NCBI GenBank assembly: GCA_964444365.1
Contig: CAYUHJ010000009.1
Location: 5,880-69,879, forward strand
Origin: an uncultured Alcaligenaceae bacterium
Lineage (GTDB): Bacteria > Planctomycetota > Planctomycetia > Gemmatales > Gemmataceae
DNA length: 64,000 bases
Direction: 5' to 3'
Part shown: piece after piece, positions 36,248 to 46,022 of the stretch
How the letters are laid out: every line of letters begins with the position of its first letter
How positions within the stretch are numbered: the stretch's first letter is position 1
Position numbers and translations under genes: made by a program
The notes under the pieces: generated by a model
What the model was told of the DNA's origin: nothing
The model's input: only the letters and a program-made list of their open reading frames with translations
The model's database searches: none

Positions 36248-37132
36248 TCAACTCGCCAGGATCCTGCGGATCCGCCGCAGGGGCATCGCGTACTCGTCCC
36301 AGGACAACCCGTCCACGGTCGCGGTCGGCTTCCCGGTCACGCCGTCCACGAGCGGCCCCTCGCGGACCATGACTTCGAGGATCTCCCGCTCGCGGTCCGG
36401 GTCGAACAGGTCCGGCGGCGGCGTCTTCCCCCGCAGCACGTACACCCCGGCCGCGAGCGCGTACGCCCCCCAGTTGCTGACACCGGCGACGATCAGGAAG
36501 TCGGTCGCGACCCGGCAATGGATGAGGTCGCCGTTCGGGACATTCTCTGCGACGAGGTCGTGCGGCAACTTGCCCATGCCGATCTCGTTGCCGCCGTCAC
36601 CGATGCCGATGGTGTGGTGAAGGTGTTGAAACTTGTCCGCCACCATTTGCTTTCGTTTCGGCGGCGTTCGAGTCAATCTCGTGTCGTGATGTTCGGTAAT
36701 GTCGCGACCGCGCATGCTGTAGTGCCGGCCGCCCGCAGCGGGGCCACTCCGTTCAATTGCGATCGACACGTAGTGGCTATCCGGCCCAACGTCGATCATT
36801 GGGAGATCACAAAACCGATGGGCACATTGCAGGACGCGAGCCAATTCCGGCTCGGCGAAAAAACCCGCCAACACTTCCACGCCGCATGCTTGGAATGCCC
36901 GTCGAAGGAAAATGTCCCCGAGCGGCCCGTCCGTTTCGAACGCCGGGGGACTTGCCGACGGGACATAGAACCCGGTCGAGATTGTCACAACAGCGCACGG
37001 ATCGTCGGCAATACTCCGACACGCCGTCGCGAAGTCGGCCGCGCACACCGGAAACAGCTTCGCCAGCCCGCGGTTGCCGGGGTCCACCTGCACGGCCGCC
37101 AGAATCGCGGCGAGTTTCTCGTCGGTCGTCAT
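36248..37132 (-). CDS. DUF4392 (D-glutamate cyclase-like) domain protein
   Basis: TGFYVPSASPPAFETDGPLG...IGIGDGGNEIGMGK...VAGVSNWGAYALAA matches my memory of the DUF4392/glutamate cyclase domain. The central part of the gene is visibly less GC-rich than its neighbours. Confidence 0.6.
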   Translation of the reverse strand: MTTDEKLAAILAAVQVDPGNRGLAKLFPVCAADFATACRSIADDPCAVVTISTGFYVPSASPPAFETDGPLGDIFLRRAFQACGVEVLAGFFAEPELARVLQCAHRFCDLPMIDVGPDSHYVSIAIERSGPAAGGRHYSMRGRDITEHHDTRLTRTPPKRKQMVADKFQHLHHTIGIGDGGNEIGMGKLPHDLVAENVPNGDLIHCRVATDFLIVAGVSNWGAYALAAGVYVLRGKTPPPDLFDPDREREILEVMVREGPLVDGVTGKPTATVDGLSWDEYAMPLRRIRRILAS

Positions 37133-37148
37133 GTCGCGACCTTCTTTC

Positions 37149-37259
37149 TCCCCTCTCCCCGCTGGGAAGAGGGGCCGGGGGTGAGGGGATTCCTTCAGCC
37201 CGCATCAGCGATTGCGAATGGGTGAAGCCCAACCCCTCACCCCCGTGGGGAGAGGGGGG
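37149..37259. repeat. G/C-run inverted repeat pair (CCCCTCTCCCC...GGGGGTGAGGGG / CCCCTCACCCCC...GGGGAGAGGGG)
   Basis: 37151-37161 pairs with 37247-37257, and 37177-37188 pairs with 37233-37244. This is the sequence class that translates as ...SPLSPLGRGAGGEG... in ORF-track artefacts. It is intergenic between two minus-strand genes. Confidence 0.8.
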
Positions 37260-37265
37260 ACCGGA

Positions 37266-38147
37266 TTACATCGTCAGGTACACCCATGTCCCGAAGCCGA
37301 CGGCCACGAGGCCGGACAGGCCGGCGACCAGCCACAGGGCGCTCTTCCGCTTGCGGGCCAACCCCAGCGAGGCCAAGGTCGCCCCGACCTGAGCGGCGAG
37401 CATCGCGTAGAAGAAGTTCTCGCTCCGGGTGCGGTGTCGCACGGACTCGCCGACGGCCTTTCTCACCCGCAACTCGTAGAAACAGCCGACCCACTGGTTC
37501 ATCGTCGCCTGCGCCCGGTAGCGGTTATAGTCCGCCTCGAATCGGGCCGCCTGGGCGAGGTTCGCATCGGCAATCGCCTTCGCGTCGCCGGTGGATTGTG
37601 CGGCCGCGGTGGTCGCCTCGCGTGCCCGCTTCTCCGCCTCGGCCACCTCGGTGTCCCACGCGGTTTCGACTTCGTAGGCCGACCGCTCGGCCGATGCAAT
37701 CGTCTGCTCGATGGAGTCAAAACGCAGTTCCCGCGCCAGCTGGACGCCTTCCTCCTCGGACTTCTTGTCGCGAATCGCGTTCAAGACCGCGGCGATTTTC
37801 GCGTCCGCAACGGGCGGCTCCTCCCCGCCGCCGAGCCAACGACCCACCTTCCGAACGACCTCCGGCGGCGGCGTTCGCGGAAGCTCCTGTCCCGTGCGAT
37901 ACCCCGCCATCGCCCGGAGTTGAACCGCCGTCGTTTGCACGATCAGCGACCGGTCCCGCTTGAAGCCGGCGAGCGTCCACTGGTCGTTCGCCTTCGCCTG
38001 GTCCTGGGCGGCGGCGCTGCGCCAGTACATCGCCCGCGTCATCTCGGAGGTGCTCATCCCGGCGAACGCCGTCGCGATGGCCGTGAGCGCGATCGGCAGA
38101 GCGGCACCGATTTTCTCGGCCAAGGAACTCGGCGACTCGTCCGTCAT
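37266..38147 (-). CDS. Membrane-anchored coiled-coil hypothetical protein (possibly DUF4337-like)
   Basis: One TM near the N-terminus (AALPIALTAIATAFAG) and two near the C-terminus (FFYAMLAAQVGATLASLGL; LWLVAGLSGLVAVGFGTWVYL), with a helical Ala/Glu-rich middle. Confidence 0.5.
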   Translation of the reverse strand: MTDESPSSLAEKIGAALPIALTAIATAFAGMSTSEMTRAMYWRSAAAQDQAKANDQWTLAGFKRDRSLIVQTTAVQLRAMAGYRTGQELPRTPPPEVVRKVGRWLGGGEEPPVADAKIAAVLNAIRDKKSEEEGVQLARELRFDSIEQTIASAERSAYEVETAWDTEVAEAEKRAREATTAAAQSTGDAKAIADANLAQAARFEADYNRYRAQATMNQWVGCFYELRVRKAVGESVRHRTRSENFFYAMLAAQVGATLASLGLARKRKSALWLVAGLSGLVAVGFGTWVYLTM

Positions 38148-38174
38148 CGGGCGACCTCCGGGGGAGAAACCGGG

Positions 38175-39629
38175 TCAGTCCTTCGCCACGCCCGGCACCG
38201 GAACCGGCACCGCGTCGAGCGAGCCGTACCGCGCGATGACCGCGTCGAACGCGGCCCACTTGTACATCCAGCCCAGGGTGGGGTAGTTGAAGCAGGTGTG
38301 CAGCAGCAGGTCCGCCGCGCCGCCGGCCCGCATCACCATCAGCCCGATGTGGACCATTTCCGTCGCCTGCTCGCCGATGACGTGGACGCCGACCAGTTTC
38401 ATGTCCTCGGCCCGGAAGAGGAGCTTCAAGAACCCCTTGGAATCGCCGATGATCTTGCCCCGGGCGTTCTCGGCGTAGTCCCCGCGGCCGACGACGTAGG
38501 GGATGCCCTGCGACTTCAGCGAACCCTCCGTCTCGCCGACCATCGCCGCCTCCGGGATGGTGTAGATGCCTGTCGGGAGCAGCAGCGGCATCCGGCTCAG
38601 GACCGTCGACCCGCAGGCGTGGCTCGCGGCGATGCGGCCCTGTTCCGCACTCGTCGACGCGAGGGCCGGGAACCCGATCACGTCCCCGACGGCGTACACG
38701 TGCGGGACGTTGGTCTGGAAGTGTTCGTTCACGGGGATCAGGCCGCGCTTGCCGATCAACAGCCCGGCCGCGTCCGGGTTCAGTTCCGCGGTCTTGCTCT
38801 CCCGCCCCGCCGCGACCAGAACGGCGTCCGCCTCCAGGACGGCCCCGGAGGACATCGTCAGCCGGAGGTTTGCGCTGTCGTCCGCGGGCACGTCGCAGTG
38901 GGTGACCGTTTCCTTCCAGTGGAAGGTGATGCCGAGGTCCGTCATCGCCTCCGCCAGGGCGAGCGAGATCTGGAGGTCCAGGAACGGCAGCAAGGTGTCC
39001 CGACCGTCGATGACGTGGACCTGGCAACCGAGCGTGGCGAAGGTGCAGGCGTACTCGCTGCCGATGACCCCGGCCCCGATCACCGCGAGGGACTTCGGGA
39101 TCTCGTGGAGTTCGACGACTTCGTCCGAATCCAGCACGCGCGGGTGCTCGAACGGGAAGAGCGCCGGCCGGCTGGGCGTGGACCCGATCGCGAGGATGAC
39201 GCGGTCCGCCGTCAGGACCTGGTCCGGTTGCTTGTTCGGGTGCGAGACGCGGATCGTGTGGGGGTCGACGAACTCCGCCGAGCCGTGGACGACCGGCACC
39301 GCACTGCGGTCGAGCCGGCCGAGGATCTGCGTCTGTTCGGACGACTTCACCACCCGCTCGTGGGACATCAGGTCCGCGACGGTCGCCTCCCGGCGGATCG
39401 AGAGGTCGACCCCGTACAGCCGCCGGGACCGCAGCCCGGACAGGGCCAGGGCGGTCTCGCGGAGGGTCTTGCTGGGCAGGGTGCCGGTGTTCGCGCCGGC
39501 CCCGCCGACGGCGGCCGACTTCTCGACGACCACGACCTTCTTGCCGAACATCGCGGCGGTGAGGGCGGCGTTCACCCCGGCGGGGCCGGCCCCGATCACG
39601 ATCACGTCGTACTGTCTGGGTTCCGTCAT
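38175..39629 (-). CDS. sthA: Soluble pyridine nucleotide transhydrogenase-like flavoprotein (class I pyridine nucleotide-disulfide oxidoreductase lacking the redox Cys pair)
   Basis: YDVIVIGAGPAGVNAA FAD motif. GTLPSKTLRE stands where lipoamide dehydrogenases carry CxxxxC. A second Rossmann motif (LAVIGAGVIGSEYA) and a C-terminal dimerisation domain are present. Confidence 0.6.
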   Translation of the reverse strand: MTEPRQYDVIVIGAGPAGVNAALTAAMFGKKVVVVEKSAAVGGAGANTGTLPSKTLRETALALSGLRSRRLYGVDLSIRREATVADLMSHERVVKSSEQTQILGRLDRSAVPVVHGSAEFVDPHTIRVSHPNKQPDQVLTADRVILAIGSTPSRPALFPFEHPRVLDSDEVVELHEIPKSLAVIGAGVIGSEYACTFATLGCQVHVIDGRDTLLPFLDLQISLALAEAMTDLGITFHWKETVTHCDVPADDSANLRLTMSSGAVLEADAVLVAAGRESKTAELNPDAAGLLIGKRGLIPVNEHFQTNVPHVYAVGDVIGFPALASTSAEQGRIAASHACGSTVLSRMPLLLPTGIYTIPEAAMVGETEGSLKSQGIPYVVGRGDYAENARGKIIGDSKGFLKLLFRAEDMKLVGVHVIGEQATEMVHIGLMVMRAGGAADLLLHTCFNYPTLGWMYKWAAFDAVIARYGSLDAVPVPVPGVAKD

Positions 39630-39826
39630 CGAACCTCTCCGCGGTGGGGCCTCCCGCTCAGGATATGCGAACGCGGGCGGGTCGTGACGGTCGTGCCGCG
39701 CCCGAAGTCCGGCGGGGCGGCTCCGGGTGCCGGAATCTGGGGCAAGTTGCGACTTCCGGACCCGATCCCTACTGCGGGGCCGCCGAGAGTGCCCCGCACG
39801 AAAACCCTCGGGACCGGGAGCCAGCC

Positions 39827-40588
39827 ATGAACCGCACCGTCGTCGCCGCTGTCGTCGTCGGCCTCTTCGCCCCGGCCGCCCCCGCGGTCGACCTGGGCCT
39901 CGGCATCTTCAAGCGGAAGCCGAAGAACGACACGGCCGAGCGGGTCAAGCAACTCGTCGCCACCCTGCAAAGCGACCCGGACGAAAAGAAGCGGACCGCC
40001 GCCGTCGAGGAATTGAAGGGGCTCGACCCCCGGCAGCACGCGGACGTGATCCCCGCGCTGCTCGGGTCGCTGCAGAAAGACCCCGCCCCGGCCGTCCGCG
40101 CGGACGCGGCGGAAGCCCTCGGCAAGATCAAGCCGGTGACGCAGCCGGTCGCCCTCGCACTCGAAGCGGTGCAGGCGAACGACCCGACCCCGGCCGTCCG
40201 CGACGCGGCGAAGTCGGCGCTGTTCCAGTACCACCTGAACGGCTATCGCTCGGCGAACGCCGCGCCGACGGGGACGGCCCAGTCGAGCGAGCCGCCGTTC
40301 GCCGCGCCGCGGCCGGTGCTCAAGACGATCCCGTCGAACCCGCTGCCGGTCGCGACGGAGACGGGGTTCAAGCCGATCGCGAACGGGGTGGGGAAGGGGG
40401 TGTTCGCGAATCAAACGGCCGAGCCGCCGCTGGCCAAGCCGAAGGCGGAGCCGAAACCCGCGGTCGCTCCGCCGGCCCCCGCCCCCAACCCGGCCCCCGT
40501 TCCGGCGAACCCGCCGACGATCGCCGTCCCGCCGCTGCCCCCGACGATCACCCCGCCGCCGCTGGCGACGCCGGGCAGCGGGTTCTAG
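39827..40588 (+). CDS. Secreted HEAT-repeat protein with a Pro/Ala-rich tail
   Basis: The ATG at 39827 gives MNRTVVAAVVVGLFAPAAPA. HEAT-like: DPDEKKRTAAVEELKGL..., DPAPAVRADAAEALGKI, DPTPAVRDAAKSAL. Confidence 0.65.
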   Translation: MNRTVVAAVVVGLFAPAAPAVDLGLGIFKRKPKNDTAERVKQLVATLQSDPDEKKRTAAVEELKGLDPRQHADVIPALLGSLQKDPAPAVRADAAEALGKIKPVTQPVALALEAVQANDPTPAVRDAAKSALFQYHLNGYRSANAAPTGTAQSSEPPFAAPRPVLKTIPSNPLPVATETGFKPIANGVGKGVFANQTAEPPLAKPKAEPKPAVAPPAPAPNPAPVPANPPTIAVPPLPPTITPPPLATPGSGF

Positions 40589-40592
40589 CCGC

Positions 40593-42308
40593 TCAATTCT
40601 GTTGCCCGCCGTCGTAGACGAGGAGGGTGTCCGCCTCCGTCCGGGCCGCGAGCCAGCGGCCGTCGTGGCTGAAGTGGAGGCCGATGACCTTCACGCCGCC
40701 GGGCACGGGGAGGCGGATCAGCAACCGGCCGTCGTCGTCGTGGACGGCTAGGCCGCCCTCCGGGCCGACCACGACGCGGCGGCGGCGGTCGGGGGATATC
40801 GCTTCCGACCCCCGGCCGGGGGTGGGGAAGTCGAACCCGTGGCCCGTCGCTTCGTGCTTTTGCAGTTCCACCCGAGCGGGGCCGCCGGTGCGAACGGAGT
40901 TCGCGAGATAGTTCCACTCCCAGCCCCGTTCCTCGGACTGACAGGCGGCGAGCCACTCGTTCGCTTCGGCGAGTCGGTTGCCCGCCGCCGCACGGTCCAC
41001 GAGCGCGACACGGGCGGCGTACAAGTCCTGGCCCATCTCTTCGGACTCGTGGCGGAGTCGGGCGACGTCACGGGCGGCCGTCGCGAGTTCGCTCCGCGCG
41101 ACGAGCCAGCCCCCGGCGACCAAGGAGACCCCGGCCGCCGCGAGCGAACCCCCGAGGATCCAGCCGGCGGCGCGGGCGGGGTGACGGCGGGCGCGGTCGA
41201 CCTGGCGGAACAACCACAACCGCGGCCGGGCGAGCACCGGCTTCCCGGCGAGAAACCGGTCCAGGTCGTCGCGGAGATCGCCCGCCGACGGGTAACGGCT
41301 GCGCGGGTCTTTTTCCAGGCACTTGAGACTGATCGCGCACAGCTCGGGGGGGAGCCCGAGCCGCAACCGCGAGGGGGGGACGGGGTCGGCCGCCCGGACT
41401 TGCTGCAGGGTCAGACTCCGCGTCATGGCGGTAAACGGCGGCCGGCCGGTGAGCACTTCGTAAAGCGTGGCCCCGAGCGCCCAGATGTCCGTCGCCGGGC
41501 CGATGAGGTCGCCGCGGCCGGCGGCTTGTTCGGGGGACATGAACTCCGGCGTGCCGAGGACTTCCCCGGACGCGGTCCGGCGGTCGTCGTCCAGGAAGCG
41601 GGCGAGGCCGAAGTCGGCGATCTTCGGCACCTGTCCACCGTCCGCAGTAAGCAGCACGTTCCCGGGCTTCAAGTCCCGGTGGACGATGCCCAGTTTGTGC
41701 GCGGCCGCCGTGGCGTCGGCGAGGGTCCGAACGAGCTTCGCGGCGGGTTCGGGGTCCCACGGGCCGGCCCGGAGGCTCTGCCGCAGGTTCCCCCCGGCGA
41801 CGTACTCCATGACCAGAAACGGCCGGCCGGCGGCGTCCCCGGCGTGGAAGAGCTGGACCACGTTCGGGTGCTGGAGCGCGGCGAGGGCACGGGCTTCTGT
41901 CAGGAACCGGGCCAACCGATCGCCGTCCGGGGCCACCTCCGGCGGCAGCATCTTGACCGCGACCGTGCGGCCGACCGTCGTGTCGCGGCCCCGGTACACG
42001 ACCCCCATCCCGCCGCGGGCGATTTCGGCTTCGATGTCGTAGCCGGGCAACACGAGGCCGGGGTCGGGGCGGCCGGTGACGGTGTACCGGACGGCGGCCT
42101 TCATGCGGTCCAGGAACCACGGGTTCGGGTCGCCGGCGGCGGGCGGCCGGGACGACAGCCCCTTGAAGCTCACGGGGCCGTCCGTCAGTTCCAGCTTCCG
42201 CTGGCACGACGGGCACGCGGCGACGTGGGCCAGAACATCGGTCGGGATCGAGTCGAGGTCGTCGTCGAGCCGGGTGATGACCTCCTCGGGCGGGCAGTCG
42301 TCGGTCAC
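40593..42308 (-). CDS. Ser/Thr protein kinase with an N-terminal CxxC segment, one TM and a C-terminal extracytoplasmic domain
   Basis: HVAACPSCQRKL, then YDIEAEIARGGMGVVYRG...AVKML...HRDLKPGNVLL...DFGLAR...GTPEFMSPE. The GTG start at 42308 overlaps the sigma-gene stop (GTGA). Confidence 0.85.
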   Translation of the reverse strand: MTDDCPPEEVITRLDDDLDSIPTDVLAHVAACPSCQRKLELTDGPVSFKGLSSRPPAAGDPNPWFLDRMKAAVRYTVTGRPDPGLVLPGYDIEAEIARGGMGVVYRGRDTTVGRTVAVKMLPPEVAPDGDRLARFLTEARALAALQHPNVVQLFHAGDAAGRPFLVMEYVAGGNLRQSLRAGPWDPEPAAKLVRTLADATAAAHKLGIVHRDLKPGNVLLTADGGQVPKIADFGLARFLDDDRRTASGEVLGTPEFMSPEQAAGRGDLIGPATDIWALGATLYEVLTGRPPFTAMTRSLTLQQVRAADPVPPSRLRLGLPPELCAISLKCLEKDPRSRYPSAGDLRDDLDRFLAGKPVLARPRLWLFRQVDRARRHPARAAGWILGGSLAAAGVSLVAGGWLVARSELATAARDVARLRHESEEMGQDLYAARVALVDRAAAGNRLAEANEWLAACQSEERGWEWNYLANSVRTGGPARVELQKHEATGHGFDFPTPGRGSEAISPDRRRRVVVGPEGGLAVHDDDGRLLIRLPVPGGVKVIGLHFSHDGRWLAARTEADTLLVYDGGQQN

Positions 42309-42922
42309 GGGGCATCCCCCTCGGCGGGGCCGAGCAGTTTCTCGACCTCGGCCCGAATCATCCGGGCGACCTTCGAGCGCGCGACCAGTGCGGCCCCGAC
42401 GTTCATGCCGACCCGCTCCGCGGCGTCCTTACCGGACAACCCTTCCACGGCCAGTAGCCGGAACGCCTCCCAGGTGTGGGGTTGGACCCGGCGGCGGACG
42501 GCGACGGCGGCGAGTTCCATCACCTCGCGGTCGGCCTCTTCTTCCATCTTGCGAACGAAGTCCTCGGCCGCGGGCGCGGACTCGAGCATCCGCCAGATGC
42601 CGCTGTCGCCGGACCCGGTGCCGGGGCGCTTGCGGTGTTCGAGGAACCTGGCCCACGCCCGGTAGGCCACGGTCCGGAGCCACGCCCGGAAGCGGCCGTC
42701 GGGCCGGTACTGGAAGTCCCGCATTTGCTTCGCGAGTTGGAGCAGGACGCCCTGGGTCACGTCCTCGGCGTCGGCTTCCTGCAAGTTCCACCGGCGGCAC
42801 CAGCGGAAGACCATGCGGCCGTAACGGTCGACGAACGCGTCCCACGCCGCGGCGTCGGCCGGTTCCGCGGCGACCCGGCGGAGCAGGGTGGTGCTGGTGC
42901 TCTCTTCGTCGGTGTCGATCAT
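42305..42922 (-). CDS. ECF-type sigma factor translationally coupled to the downstream Ser/Thr kinase
   Basis: The ATG at 42922 gives MIDTDEESTSTTLLRRVAAEPADAAAWDAFVDRYGRMVFRWCRRW..EDVTQGVLLQL. Region 4: AVEGLSGKDAAERVGMNVGAALVARSKVARMI. Confidence 0.85.
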   Translation of the reverse strand: MIDTDEESTSTTLLRRVAAEPADAAAWDAFVDRYGRMVFRWCRRWNLQEADAEDVTQGVLLQLAKQMRDFQYRPDGRFRAWLRTVAYRAWARFLEHRKRPGTGSGDSGIWRMLESAPAAEDFVRKMEEEADREVMELAAVAVRRRVQPHTWEAFRLLAVEGLSGKDAAERVGMNVGAALVARSKVARMIRAEVEKLLGPAEGDAP

Positions 42923-43009
42923 GGGCGAGGTCGTGAGGGCGGGAACGCCGCAATTATAGGACGCGGCGTTCCGAACCCCCAAGCCGACCGCGATTCGCCC
43001 GAGGCGGGG

Positions 43010-45127
43010 TTACTTCTTCTCCTTCAACTTGTCGAGCTTTGCCTTGGCCGCGGCGAGCTCGGCGGCGGCGGCGTCCGCGGCGGTCTTGGCGGGACCGACG
43101 GCGGCTTTCGCCTTCTCGTAGTCCGCCTTCACCGGCGGAACGCCGTCCGTCGCGGCCTTGACCGTCGGGGCGAGATCCTTCACTTTCTTCTCCGCGTCGG
43201 CGATGTCCTTTTGCGAAGTCGCCAGCACCTTGTTCGCATCCGCGACTTGTTTCTGGGCGTTCTTCAGGGCGAAGTCGATGTCGTTCAGCAGCTTCGTGGC
43301 TTGCTGGACCTCGTTGTTCGCGGTTTGAACGTCGGCCGTCGCTTTCGCGAGGGCTTGCTGGGCTTGCTTGTTCTTCGGGTCGGCCGCCGCGGCCTGCTTG
43401 GCCTTGTTGAACGCGTCGGCGGCTGTTTTCAACGCGGTCGCCTTCGTCGCCGCGGTTTGGGCCGCTTGCACCTTGAGCGGGCCGAATTTGTTCACGTCCG
43501 CGGTCGCCGAGTCGACGACGGTCTTCGCCTTCTTCGCGTCCGCGTTCTCGCCGTCAAGCTTGCGTTGAGCGGCTGCCAGGTCCGCGTTCACCTTCTGGAG
43601 CCGGGCCTGGGCCGCAAGGAGTTCCTTGTTGGCGTCGTCCAGACGGGACTGAGCCGACTTCAACGCCTCGGCGGTGTCGCGGGCCTTGATTTCCGCGGCG
43701 GAAACGGCGAATTCCGCTTCCTTGATTTGTTCCTCGACGGGAGCCGGATTGCCATCCAGGGCGAACGCGAACTTGCCGTCCGCGGCCGTCCACGCCTTGA
43801 TGGCCCCGGTCCAGTCGCCGGCGAAGACGCGCTTGCCGTCGTAGGCCACCGCGACCCGCAGGCCGATATCGGTGAACGCATCGAACTGCTTCTGCAGCGT
43901 GCCGGCCGCGTCCCAGGTCTTGGTCAGCTTGTCCCGCCCGGTGGAGGCGAGCTTGCCGTCCATCGCGAACCGCACGGCCTGGACGCCGCCGGGGTGGGCG
44001 TTCCAGTTCTTCACTTGGGATGCGTTTTCCATTTCCCACAACCGGACGGTTCCGTCCTCGCTGCCGGTGGCAAGCAGGTTCGAGTCCGACCGCCAGGACA
44101 CGTCGGTGACGCAGGCGGTGTGCCCGCGGATGCTGTGGAACTCGCGGGCGGTGGCCGCCTCCCACACGAAGACGCCGCCGTTGCGGTCGCCGGTCGCGAG
44201 GAGGACGCCGTCCGGGGAGAACTCGACGGCCGTCACCCAGTCGGTGTGCTTCTTGATGGAGTGCGAAACGGTGCCGTCCGCGGTGGCGTAGATCCGCACC
44301 ATCTTCGTCGGCGTGCCGACCGCGATCATCGTCTGGTCCGCGGAAATGTCAGCCGAAAGAATCGCATCGGATTCCGCCGATCCGACTTCCGTGACCTTCT
44401 CGCCGGTCTCGACGTTGAACAGAATCGCCTTGCCCGAGTGCCCGCCCCGCCCGCCGGCCGCGAGGACATACTTGCCGGTGCGGGAGAATTTCAGCGAGTT
44501 GATTTGCCCGTCGAACGGCAAAATGCCGAGAAGTTCCCCGGAATCGGCGTGATAAAGAAGCACTTGCTTTTGCCCGCCAACGGCGACGAGCGGAGCCCAC
44601 GGGCTGGCCGCGAGTGCCAGCACCGCCCCGGCCCGGCGAGCTTTCACGACCGGATCGAGCTTCAACTTCCCGGCCAACGGCATCGGCGGCACGTCGGGCT
44701 TGCCCTTCGCGACGGTCTTCAGCCCGATGTCGACCTTCGGCTTCGTGACGGTGACCTTGCTGCCGGCGTTCTCGCGGCCGCCCTGTTCGATCCAGAGTTT
44801 CAGCGTGTCGAGTTGCGCTGCCGGGATCTTGTCCCCCTTCGGCGGCATCTTCGGCTCTTCGGTGTGATTCGTCAACGAGTACAGCCGCGACTTGTCCGGG
44901 TCGCCCGGCTTGACCACGTCCCCCGACGACCCGCCGGCCTTCATTGCCGCGAACGTGGCGAGGTTGAGCCCGCCCTTTTGCTTGTCGTTCGAGTGGCACC
45001 CGACGCAGTGCTGCTTCAGCACCGGCAACACGTCGTCGTCGAAGGTGGGGTTCTTCGGGTCGGCGAACGCCTGCCCCGCGAGGGCGAGCACGCCAACCAG
45101 AGCCGCGAACCGGAACGAGTGCCGCAT
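43010..45127 (-). CDS. Planctomycete cytochrome c domain, WD40 beta-propeller and C-terminal coiled-coil protein
   Basis: MRHSFRFAALVGVLALAGQAFA signal peptide. VLPVLKQHCVGCHS heme motif. Repeated WD-like units (HTDWVTAVEFSPDG, GHTACVTDVSWRSD, AHPGGVQAVRF). Ala/Lys-rich coiled coil at the C-terminus. An alternative TTG start at 45148 would overlap the PIN-gene stop. Confidence 0.85.
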   Translation of the reverse strand: MRHSFRFAALVGVLALAGQAFADPKNPTFDDDVLPVLKQHCVGCHSNDKQKGGLNLATFAAMKAGGSSGDVVKPGDPDKSRLYSLTNHTEEPKMPPKGDKIPAAQLDTLKLWIEQGGRENAGSKVTVTKPKVDIGLKTVAKGKPDVPPMPLAGKLKLDPVVKARRAGAVLALAASPWAPLVAVGGQKQVLLYHADSGELLGILPFDGQINSLKFSRTGKYVLAAGGRGGHSGKAILFNVETGEKVTEVGSAESDAILSADISADQTMIAVGTPTKMVRIYATADGTVSHSIKKHTDWVTAVEFSPDGVLLATGDRNGGVFVWEAATAREFHSIRGHTACVTDVSWRSDSNLLATGSEDGTVRLWEMENASQVKNWNAHPGGVQAVRFAMDGKLASTGRDKLTKTWDAAGTLQKQFDAFTDIGLRVAVAYDGKRVFAGDWTGAIKAWTAADGKFAFALDGNPAPVEEQIKEAEFAVSAAEIKARDTAEALKSAQSRLDDANKELLAAQARLQKVNADLAAAQRKLDGENADAKKAKTVVDSATADVNKFGPLKVQAAQTAATKATALKTAADAFNKAKQAAAADPKNKQAQQALAKATADVQTANNEVQQATKLLNDIDFALKNAQKQVADANKVLATSQKDIADAEKKVKDLAPTVKAATDGVPPVKADYEKAKAAVGPAKTAADAAAAELAAAKAKLDKLKEKK

Positions 45128-45144
45128 GGCGGGAAACCTCGGAG

Positions 45145-45615
45145 TCAAGGAGTGTGCGGAAGCGTCGCGAGGAACGCCACGGGGTCGAGGATCCGGATGC
45201 CGGGGTACGCGGTGCGGAAGGCAATCGCTTCTGCGTCGGTGCCGGTCATCAGGTCGAGCAGGTCGTTGTCTCGGCTGACGACGAACGCGGCGTTTGCTGC
45301 AATGGCGAGATCGAGGTACATCGCATCTTTGGGGTCGCGCGTGAGTCTCACGACTGAAGGAACCGAGTCGATATTCATCGTGGTGCGACTGAGCCGGGAG
45401 AAGAACTCGGCGATGTCTTGGTCCGTGGCGCGGATGAACGTCTTCCGTAAACCGGGGCGAGTGATGACGTCGAGTGCTTCAGCGAGGATCGGGTCGCTCA
45501 CAAGCAATTCAAACCGCCCCGCTTCGGCTTCGTTGAGGCACCTCGCAGCCGGGCCGTTTCCGCGAGCGATCGCTTGCACATACAGCATGCAATCGAAAAC
45601 GACGCGAATCATCAT
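45145..45615 (-). CDS. PIN-domain toxin (type II toxin-antitoxin)
   Basis: MMIRVVFDCMLYVQA...SDPILAEALDVITRP...TRDPKDAMYLDLAIAANAAFVVSRDNDLL is the PIN_3-type pattern of acidic residues. GC content is visibly lower than in the flanking genes. Confidence 0.75.
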   Translation of the reverse strand: MMIRVVFDCMLYVQAIARGNGPAARCLNEAEAGRFELLVSDPILAEALDVITRPGLRKTFIRATDQDIAEFFSRLSRTTMNIDSVPSVVRLTRDPKDAMYLDLAIAANAAFVVSRDNDLLDLMTGTDAEAIAFRTAYPGIRILDPVAFLATLPHTP

Positions 45616-45869
45616 TCTGCAGCCTGTTGTTTTTCCTGCCAGTGAAGTTCGCGCGCTTCTTCCACGAGAGCGTCGAGTTCCTCGTCAGTCATCCCGCTCT
45701 CGGCGACCGATTGTCGAAACGGAGCCAGGATTTCGTCGAACGTCCGCGGTTCCATGAACTTCTGCTCGACGAGTTCCTTCACCACGGCTTCCGCGGTCGT
45801 GCCTTGCCTGGCCGCATGTGCAGCAAGCCGGCTTTCGACCGTTGGCGAGAGTTCGATGGTCAGCCTCAT
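45612..45869 (-). CDS. Antitoxin partner of the PIN toxin
   Basis: The ATG at 45869 gives MRLTIELSPTVESRLAAHAARQGTTAEAVVKELV..., an RHH/Phd-like start. The stop overlaps the toxin ATG (ATGA at 45612-45615). Confidence 0.65.
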   Translation of the reverse strand: MRLTIELSPTVESRLAAHAARQGTTAEAVVKELVEQKFMEPRTFDEILAPFRQSVAESGMTDEELDALVEEARELHWQEKQQAAE

Positions 45870-46022
45870 GGCTCTGCCCTCACAGTCCTGCAACGCTTTT
45901 CCGACTCAGACGTTGGGTCATTTTAGCCGAAGGTCTGCGAGAAAGTGTGGTTGCTTCGCTTCACTGGTGCGCGTTCAGAACGCGCCGTAACCCCGAACGC
46001 AGTCGCGTACCGGACTTGCGCG

